Shown here piece after piece: positions 25,591 to 34,425 of a stretch of 64,000 nucleotides of DNA. This DNA is from Felis catus (lineage: Eukaryota), in NCBI RefSeq assembly GCF_018350175.1, contig NC_058373.1:102550001-102614000 (forward strand), given 5' to 3'. The translations under genes and the position numbers were made by a program. Position 1 is the stretch's first letter; each line of letters opens with the position of its first letter. The notes under the pieces are model-generated. The model saw only the letters and a list, made by a program, of their open reading frames with translations, made no database searches and was not told the origin of the DNA.

Positions 25591-25803
25591 GGGGCGCCTG
25601 GGTGGCGCAGTCGGTTAAGCGTCCGACTTCAGCCAGGTCACGATCTTGCGGTCTGTGAGTTCGAGCCCCGCGTCAGGCTCTGGGCTGATGGCTCAGAGCC
25701 TGGAGCCTGTTTCTGATTCTGTGTCTCCCTCTCTCTCTGCCCCTCCCCCGTTCATGCCCTGTCTCTCTCTGTCCCAAAAATAAATAAACGTTGAAAAAAA
25801 ATT
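25591..25803 (+). mobile_element. SINEC_Fc-like Can-SINE (young)
   Basis: TSD AAAAACACACACACA. Inserted at the edge of a (CA)n repeat. Confidence 0.95.
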
Positions 25804-25804
25804 A

Positions 25805-25808
<4 letters not shown>

Positions 25809-25846
<38 letters not shown>
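25809..25846. repeat. (CA)19 microsatellite
   Basis: Read directly. Confidence 0.97.
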
Positions 25847-25850
<4 letters not shown>

Positions 25851-25856
25851 ACTTAC

Positions 25857-26317
25857 TGTAGTTGAGGCACAATTCCAGAACATTCTGAAACAGGGGTCAC
25901 TGGTGTCATGGGAGTTATGGACATCAGAGGCGTGGAGTTTGGTTTCTCAGGAGAGGGCTGGACTGAGTCAGCATCACCAGGGTATGCTTGTGAATGGGAC
26001 TTTGACAAAGTGCTGTCATTGATTAACCCCAGACCCATGTCCTGTTCTCTGGGTAATGACAACCTACTTTGCTGACTTTGAGTTTTACAATTTTCTTCGA
26101 TGTCCTGCTTGCTTCTAATAACACTCTGGTCTTTACTTTCTTGGGTAAGTTCATCTGGTAGGAAGCTAAGATCCACAGATGAGAAATGGCCAGATGCTCC
26201 TTTGACTTCTTGAAGATGTGAATTAAACACAGTCTCTGAATTGGATGTATTAGGTATGTACCCATCATCAGGTACAATTGGGCTGAGCAGCGGTGACCCA
26301 GGTGGAGCGAGATCATC
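25857..26317 (-). CDS. TBPL2: TBPL2 coding exon 2 (DDLAPPGSPLL...SITPMTPVTPVSECSGIVPQLQ)
   Basis: Acceptor cctag|GAT, donor CA|GTAAGT. 461 nt, open frame. Contains FSSVDLSFLPDE and the TBP-family ITPMTP...GIVPQLQ motif. Confidence 0.95.
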
Positions 26318-26641
26318 CTAGGCCATTTCCAAAACAAAATGCAAGAAACAGAATAGCATGTCACACCAAAAGGATACCACTAAAGCTAGCAGGCAGCATG
26401 TTCAAGATGCAAAGCAATCCAAGATAGCTTCTAGTCATTCCAAGCCTCCTTCCATAAGGTATTACTAAGTTATATTACAGGGTTATAGCACACTTAACAG
26501 AAACAGGTAAGTAGATCTTAAAATGCAGAGACAGCATTTTTCATAAAACATTTTTCCTACATTAGATCCATAGGAAGTTACCACTGTAATTTTACAATAA
26601 AGGACACAGCAATCATACTCTAAATTGTGTGTACTCTGAGT

Positions 26642-27121
26642 CCTCTTTCTGTGCCTCCATAATGGTGTGCATAAATGTCCTAGCAGAAGCTCTCAAGAGC
26701 ATGAACAATGTTGAAAAGAGAGGCAAACACCAGGTCCTTATTAGGCCATGTTCCAAAGTCCTCAACCAGTTCCTAACTATGATGATGAAGTATGGTTACA
26801 TTGGCAAATTTGAAATCATTGATGATCCCAGAGCTGGGAAAATTATTGTGAACCTCACAGGCAGGTTAAACAAGCGTGGAGTTATCAGCCCCAGATCTGA
26901 CAACTCAAAGATCTAGAAAAATGGCAGAATGACCTCCTCCCATCCCACCAACTTGTAGAAAAGAGCTTGGTTTCACTATACTGACAACCTCAGCTGGCAT
27001 CATGGACCATGAAGAAGACAGACGAAGACACACAGGAGGGAAAGTCCTGGGATTCTTTTTCTAGAGATGTAATATATACGTGCAAATAAAATGCCTCAAT
27101 GGACAAAATAATTTTTAAAAC
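26642..27121 (+). pseudogene. RPS15A: Processed pseudogene of ribosomal protein S15a (uS8), antisense in TBPL2 intron 1
   Basis: 5'TOP-like CCTCTTTC, ATG 26662 ([33 protein letters not shown]...), intronless to GFFF-TAG at 27064, AATAAA. Frameshifting indels near 26900 and 26955. Degenerate 17-bp TSD (26625-26641 / 27122-27138). Confidence 0.95.
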
Positions 27122-28430
27122 TTGTATGTACTTTGAATAGATTTACTGCATGCCATAAGTTGATTATAAACTTTAGTTAATTTAGGTATTTTTTAGAGTT
27201 TTAAATTTGTATTTCAAAGAGAAAAGTGAACAAAGTTTAAGATGGAGTAGTGAGTGCTAATCAATACTCCACTGAAGCCCTAAGGTTATTCCTTCTAGTC
27301 AAAGGAGAGATGAGTAAATGTTCTAGTTTCATGAATTTACAATAGGAAAACAGTTATTGAAATTTAAATGACAAGAATAGTTTAAATCAATGTATTGTAT
27401 TTCCAGCCCAGGGAAGGCTGTTCAACCTCTATTAATATCAACTGAGGGAATGAGGTGTGCAACTGAAGGAAACAGCTAATGTAAAATTCATGGGCTTTTT
27501 TATGGAAGAGAATCGATTACCTTGATACATACATTGCCACCTGCTTCGCCCAAGTTGCAGACCTACATTCTAGACTTTGAGCACTGCTTGCAGGATAACC
27601 TCATCCGTTAGAAGATCAGACTTCTAACAACTGAACACTCATGAACGTCTCAGATTGGATCTTCTTGGTGACAAAGCTACCTCGAGCTAACAAACTGGTT
27701 AGATCCTACTGAATTGTTCTGTTACTCTAAGTCCAGCAGATGGCAGGGGTGGCTAATTGTTCAAAGAAAACACTTGTTTAGAAGAATGCAGTCATTCTCT
27801 TGAAATAAGATTTTGCACTATGTTTCATTTTGAATTATGTAATTTTCCCCATTTACCCTCACCCATAGGTGGACTTTAAGAAAAGTGAGGTGGGGACAAT
27901 GGCCTGGATTCCTCCTCATTGTTTTATTGGCCTCTCCTTTACTAGCTGGAAAGGATCTATCTCATCAGCCAGTTTATACCAAAGCACTACTGTCTGCAAC
28001 CCTCTGGGGTCTCCCTCCCCTCCTTCTTCCCTCAAGGCATTTTAGCTGGGAGGAAGCTCTCATCCAGGCAACCCAGCTTCCTGAGGCAATGCCAACAGGA
28101 TATCCAAGGAGGATGTTTTATGGCAATGGAAGCTTGACAGCCTCCTTTCAAGTTTACCCTAGGAACACACTTTAGAGGATGTACTTACAGCATATTCACA
28201 GCATCTTTGGCCTTGCATCAGAAGAAATGTTTTGTTACACTGTCTTTGCAGAACCATCAACTCATCTTTCCAGCATGGGCTTTCATTTGCTTTGTGAAAC
28301 GCTGAGGCTTCACTACTTCTACCTCAGTGCTAATTGTCTTCTTTTTAAAAATCCCCCTGCCCCCGAAAGTTGCCCTTTTGCCTTTCTTTTTGAAGATTCC
28401 TTGCTCTCTTTTCTACAATAAAAAAAATTA

Positions 28431-28640
28431 GGGGCGCCTGGGTGGCTCAGTCGGTTAAGCAACCAATTTCGGCTCAGGTCATGATCTCACGGCTCTTGAG
28501 TTCAAGCCCCGAGTCGGGCTCTGTGCTGACAGCTCAGAGCCTGGAGCCTGCTTCGGATTCTGTGTCTCCCTCTCTCTCTCTGCCCCTCCCCCACTCATGC
28601 TCTGTCTCAGAAATAAATAAACATTTTTTTTTTTAATTTA
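28431..28640 (+). mobile_element. Can-SINE
   Basis: Canonical head, body and tail. Confidence 0.92.
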
Positions 28641-29149
28641 AAAACCTAGATGCCTTCCATAAAAAAACCCAAAAACTTAACTGCGAACTGAAAGAAGCCA
28701 CAGGTGTTTCCAATTCAAGTTTGGACACCCTTGTCTGTCCCCCACCCCTCACTCCGTGGACCGCCAACTCCACCCCTAGCCACCTCGAGGCTGTTTTTTG
28801 AGGCCTGTTCTTAGCATCCAAGGCTGCTACCCCCTTCAAAGTGTACTATCAACGCTTCCCGCGTACGTTTGTCCTAGCAAAGCAGAGACAGTTTGGGACC
28901 AGAGGTCGCTACTGGAGACACAGAAGCAAGCTCTCCGCGTCTGCGTCTTTATAACTGTGATGGGGCCATCGAACCATGGCTCCGGAGTCACACTATGCCA
29001 GGTTCCACTTCTGGTTGGCAACCGTGGCAAGTTATTCCCCCTCTGGAAGCTTCTATTTTTCAACATAAAGAGGAGGACAATCAAGCCCACCTCTTACGGT
29101 CGCTAGGAGTTCTTCATTAAGCCTTCATTAAGGCAAAACCCTCTGGGCT

Positions 29150-29710
29150 GGGGACTGGGCGCTCAGCAACCGGGCGGGGACACGCTTTGTCCTCTGGGAC
29201 AGTGGCAGCAGCTTCCGGGCTCACCTGGGCGGCGCACTGGTCCAGGTAGAGCTCCAGGTACGTCTGCTCCTCCTCCATGGGTGGAGGCCCCACCGTTAGG
29301 AGAGCTGAGAGGCGGGAAGGGGGAAGCGCCCAGGCGAGTTGAGCTGCAGCTGAGCCCGACTGAGCGCGCGTGGCGCACGGGCCATTTATCAGCCCCGCGG
29401 GCGCAAATGGCGAGGCGGGGCCGAGCTGGGGGTCGGGGCGTGAAGGGGCTGGGCAGGGGCCCCTCAGGTCCCTCCCCTGGGCCTCCGCCTCCACCCGGTC
29501 CAAGCCGCTGCAGACCGTGGGAGTCATGTGAAGAGCCAGGGAGGGCACCCGAACTCAGCCGCCTGCCCACGGGTCACTAGAAGAAAGGGAGAGAGGAGCG
29601 TGCGAGGAGACCGCAGGGAAGGGGCCCTCGCCTGGGTGCAATCACCGCACTCCGCCTACAGCTGAGAAGCCGCTTGGCCGGCAAATCTGGAGATTTCTCC
29701 AGCACCTGCC
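29150..29710 (-). promoter_or_regulatory. CpG-rich TBPL2 promoter / first-exon region
   Basis: High GC and CpG density against AT-rich flanks, surrounding exon 1. E-boxes CAGCTG (29347, 29659) and CACCTG (29703), GC-box-like GGGGCGTG (~29436), YY1-like AAATGGCG (~29405). Confidence 0.75.
29225..29278 (-). CDS. TBPL2: TBPL2 coding exon 1 (MEEEQTYLELYLDQCAAQ)
   Basis: ATG at 29278-29276 in context CCACCC-ATG-G. 54 nt ending CAG|GTGAG (phase 0). The peptide matches the TBPL2 N-terminal motif TYLELYLDQCAAQ. Lies in a CpG-rich region. Confidence 0.93.
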
Positions 29711-29842
29711 AAGGGCTGCCTTGGCCTCCAAAGGGCAGAGGTCTCCGTGTTAGCAGCAAAGGACGTGAAGCTTTGAACACAAGGGAAGGGAAGGGAAGGA
29801 AAAATAAGACAAAAACAGAGAAGGAGGCCCCATAAGGGGCTC

Positions 29843-30078
29843 TTAAATACAGAGAACACATTAGGGTTCCAGAACACATGAGGGTTGCTGGAAGGGAGGT
29901 GGGGGCGGGGGTGGTGGGCTGAATGGGAGATGGGCATTATTAAGGAGGGCATTTTTAGGGATGAGCACTGGGTGACATATGTAAGATGAATCCCGGGGTT
30001 CTACTCCTGAAACCCAGACTGCACTGTATGTTAACTGACTTGGATTTAAATGTAATAAATAGATAGATAGATAGAAAT
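29843..30078 (+). mobile_element. Short carnivore L1 3'UTR fragment with (GATA)n tail
   Basis: Similar to the L1 3' end at 18290-18420 (gaggagggcac...gggatgagcactgggtg). Confidence 0.8.
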
Positions 30079-30610
30079 CAACTGGTATCACTAATCCTCA
30101 GGATTCTGTGCTGAAGGACTGAGACAGGGAGTGATCAATTTATGAATAATGTGTTTAGTGCCCGTATGTGTATAAGACTCTCAAGAAGTGTTGTGAATTG
30201 CATGAATTTAGTTTTACCTATCTTAAAACAGTTTTTAATAAAAAGCATTGTGAAAAAAAAAAAAAAAAGGTGAACACGTTGGCCAATGAGAAAACAAAGG
30301 ATATCCCCACCCCTCTTTTTAAAGGATGTCTTTTTCTCTCCCGAACAGAGCAAGTGGAATTTCAAACACCCTTACCCAATCAGGTGCAGTACTTTTCTGT
30401 CATGATTGCTTTTCACCCTCAAATCCCAGGTGTTTTTTTCTCCACTCACAGAATTCAGCCTACAACTACGTACAGTTTGAAACTAATGCAACACTGTGTG
30501 TCAACTCTACTGGAATTAAAAAATAAAGCTACATACACTTGAATTGCTGCTGTAGTTTGGGGCAGCTCAAGAAAATAATACAAAAATCAAATATTCGGAT
30601 TTTCCTTTCT

Positions 30611-30640
30611 CTTTTTAAGTTTATTTATTTATTTGGAGAG

Positions 30641-30686
<46 letters not shown>

Positions 30687-30812
30687 ATCTCAAGCAGGCT
30701 CCTCACTGCCAGTAAGGAGCCCCACGTGGGGCTCTAACTCACCAACCACGAGATCATGACCTGAGCGGAAGTCAAGAGTCAAAAGCCCCGACTGTGCCAC
30801 CCAGGCGTCCCC
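30611..30812 (-). mobile_element. Can-SINE with expanded (GA)n
   Basis: Canonical head. TSD-like TTTCCTTTCT. Confidence 0.88.
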
Positions 30813-31291
30813 CCAGAGTTTCCTTTCTTGAAATCATTAATCTTCAATGCTTCAGCTTTCATAAGAACTTCATGTGTAGGATGGTTCTATAAATATAATT
30901 GACACTTCCTATGAAAGATATTTCAAAATGTGCAGGAGACACACATAAAATATGTCTTTCCTGTTCGACTATACTCTCTGAGAGCAGGAATTTTAATTGC
31001 TCATCTTTGTGTCTCTGTACCAAGCTCATAGATGATCAACAAAATTCATTGGTGAATGAAACTGCCCTCAAAATGGAGCATGTGAAGCACATTATGGCTC
31101 TATCAGATCACAATAGAAATCTTACGGAATTTCTAATCAAGACTATAGGAAACGTTTTGATAAAGTTGAATTTTATATAATGGTTTATAATGGCATGTAA
31201 TTTTGTTACAATTATGCCTACAAAAAATGTTTGGCACAGTACCTGCCTTGTAGCTGAAATACTAGCTCTTGGTTTTGTTATTAGATTCTTA

Positions 31292-32155
31292 TGTAATGAA
31301 TTGTGTTCTCCCTCAGAGTCATATGTCAAAGCCCTAATCCAACATGACTGATGTCCTTATAAGAAGAGAGACACCAGGGATGCATGTGCACAGAGAAAAA
31401 TGCCATGTGAGGACATGGTGAGAAGGCAGCTATCTACAAGCTGAAGAGAGAGGCCTCAGGAAACCAAACATGCTGACACCTTGATCTTGGATGTCCAGCC
31501 TCCAGAACTGTGGGAGAGTTGATTTCTGTTGTTTAAGCCACTCCGTTGGTGCTATTTTGCTATGACAGCCGTAGCAAACTAATACATAGAATTATAAAGG
31601 GTCTCATCATATGTGGTAGGCAGACTTCTGAGATGGCTCCCCAAATTCCCACCCCCTGATGCATACAGTTTCTCCCAGTTATTCAAACACCAGCCTACTG
31701 TGCCACTGTGAAGGGATTTTGCAGATCTAATTAAGGTCCTAAATCAGTCAACTTGAAGAAAGACTATCCTGGGTGAGCCTGTCCCAATCAGGTGAGACTG
31801 TATAAGGAACTAGGAGTGTGGGAGACTCAAAGCTTGAGAAGGTTTTACTATGAGGGAGGTTCTCCGTCTCTGGCTCTGGAGATAACTGGAGATATGTCTC
31901 AATGAAGGTGGGTGACCTGTATGAACTGAGAGTGGCCCAGAGTTGACAGCCAGCAAGGAAATGGAGATCTCCTCCTCTAGCTGCAAGGAACTGAATTTGG
32001 CCAACAAGAAAGAAAGGAATCCCTGAAAGGAATTCAGCCTGGTCAAGATCTTCATTTCAGCCCTGGAAGCCCTGAGCAGAGAATCCGGTAATGCTGGGCC
32101 CAGACTTCTGAGCTATACAACCTTGTGGTGTTGTTTTAAGCCACAAAACTTGTGA
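31292..32155 (+). mobile_element. Two adjacent ERVL-MaLR (MLT1-type) solo LTRs
   Basis: MLT motifs gacaccttgatcttgga...ccagcctccagaactgtg...tttaagcca...aaactaataca. Second LTR starts tgtggtaggcagacttct. Confidence 0.75.
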
Positions 32156-32951
32156 TACATCATAAATTATAAATAAGAAGCAGGGACACAGATTTGCAGT
32201 GATCTGCAGTGGTAAATGGTAAAGCAAATGAATACAATGTTAACAATAAGCAAATTTGGGTAAGAAGTACATGAGTGTTCTTGTACTACTTTTATTTTTG
32301 TAACTTGTTCTAAGTTTGAAATCGCTTCTGAATAAAGTTTTAGAATAAAACAGGCATGACTGCTGGGTGGATGTTTTTAGCTGTTTCATTGAGAGTTAAT
32401 TTATCCAAAATCTTAAATTGTATTTCTGAGAATCAAAGATTGATATGGTTTGATTAAATAATAATTAAATGCTAGCACTCACTGAACTCTTATTATGTGC
32501 CAAACACTATTCTTAGTGTTTCAGACATGAACACATTTAAACATTACCACACTCTTTTTAGGTAAGTACTCTTTTATCCCCACTTACAGTTGAAGATACA
32601 GAGGCACAGAGAGGGGAGGTAACTTGTCCCTGGTAACACAGCTCCTATTCAGAGTATTTGACTCTTGAGCCTCATGCTATGTGTTGTTCCCCACCAAAGT
32701 CTACATATGCCATTTCAAATTAGTAGTTTGTTTCATCTGAACTGTGTTTGTTGATCTGCTTGATTCTGATTTTTTTCTTCAGATTTTTATATTTTTTACT
32801 TTGGCAAAAGAAGAAAAAGGAAAACAAAATAACCTTATTCAAGTTATTCTTTCTTAATTTACTGTTGTGAACATTAAATGAATTAATGGGAGTATGTGTA
32901 AGCTTTTAGCAAGCACTCTGAAAGTATAAAATACTGTTTTGTTGTTGTTTG

Positions 32952-33619
32952 TTTTTTTTTTTAAATTTTTTTTTCAATGTTTATTTATTTTGGGGACAGA
33001 GAGAGACAGAGCATGAACGGGGGAGGGGCAGAGAGAGAGGGAGACACAGAATCAGAAACAGGCTCCAGGCTCTGACCCATCAGCCCAGAGCCTGACACGG
33101 GGCTCGAACTCACGGACCGTGAGATCGTGACCTGGCTGAAGTCGGACGCTTAACCGACTGCGCCACCCAGGCGCCCCTGTTGTTGTTTGTTTTAATTTTT
33201 TTAAGTTTATTTTGAGAGAGAGAGAGAGAGAGAGACTGCGTGGGAGGGGCAGAGACAGAAGGAGAATTGCAAGTAGGCTCCAAATGTCAGGGCAGAGCCT
33301 GATGAAGGGCTTGAACTCACAAACCGCGAGATCATGACCTGAACTGAAATTAAGAGTTGGTCATCCAACTGACTGAGCCAAACAGGCACCCCTGAATTAT
33401 TGTTTTTAAAAAAAATTTGTTTAATGTTTATTTATTTTTGAGAGAGAAAGAGTGTGAGTGGGGGAGGTGTGGAGAGAGAGGAAGACACAAAATCTGAAGC
33501 AGGCTCTAGGCTCCGAGCTGTCAGCACAGAGCCTGATGAGGGGCTCGAACCCACGAACTGTGTTATCATGACCTGCGCTGAAGTTGGAGGCTTAACTGAC
33601 TGAGCCACCCAGGGGCCAC
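32952..33619 (-). mobile_element. Three head-to-tail Can-SINEs (32952-33177, 33190-33392, 33404-33619)
   Basis: Three separate heads. TSD TGTTGTTGTTTGTTT around the first copy and TATTGTTTTTAA around the third. Confidence 0.92.
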
Positions 33620-33981
33620 TAAAGTATTGTTTTTAACGTCTTCAAGAGAGTAATGTCAAGACTTAGATGGCTCATGCCAATAGCTATGAAGAATATTTAA
33701 GAGAGGTCAACTCTGGAGAGTAGGCCTTTAACTCTTATTTTAATAGGCCCTGTCCTTCATCAGTGAAAATATTAAAATGAACCAATATCCCACATTAAAT
33801 GTAATTTATAAATCTCTAAGAGTTGAATTGCTTATGACCAGTTGATATGTCCCATTTTGCAGACATTTAATCAGATTTACTAATTTAATTTTGGAATTTA
33901 AAAACATTTTGGAGCCAATAAATTCATCTCATCTCTCAAACAATCAAAAGCACTGGGCCTCTAAAATGCAATCGCCCTTTT

Positions 33982-34425
33982 GGGTGCCTGGGTGACTCGG
34001 TGGGTAAAATCGTCTGACTCTTGGTTTCAGCTCAGGTCATGATCTCACAGTTTGTGAGTTGGAGCCCTGTGCAGTGCTCTGTGCTGACAGGTTGGATGGA
34101 TCCTGCTTTGGGATTCTCTGTCTCCATCTCTCTCTGCCCCTTCTCCGCTCATCCTCTCTCTCTCTCTCAAGATAAATAAATAAACATAAAAAAATACAAT
34201 GCAGGGGCGCCTGGGTGGCTCAGTCGGTTAAGCGTCCGACTTCAGCTCAGGTCACGATCTCGCGGTCTGTGGATTTGAGCCCCACGTGGGGCTCTGGGCT
34301 GATGGCTCAGAGCCTGGAGCCTGCTTCCGATTCTGTGTCTCCCTCTCTTTCTCTGCCCCTCCCCCGTTCATGCTCTGTCTCTCTCTGTCTCAAAAATAAA
34401 TAAACGTTAAAAAAAATTAAAAAAA
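33982..34425 (+). mobile_element. Two tandem Can-SINEs (33982-34190, 34204-34425)
   Basis: Outer repeat AATGCAATCGCCCT, inner TSD AAAATACAATGCA. Confidence 0.93.

Noticed and set aside
5667..29278. Calling the gene TBP or TBPL1
   Set aside because: There is no polyglutamine tract, the N-terminus has TYLELYLDQC and SVDLSFLPDE, and the core is near-identical to TBP, unlike TBPL1. This fits TBPL2.
29163..29879. Several overlapping 99-135 aa ORFs at the promoter
   Set aside because: Expected in GC-rich, stop-poor sequence. Only the frame carrying TBPL2 exon 1 is supported.
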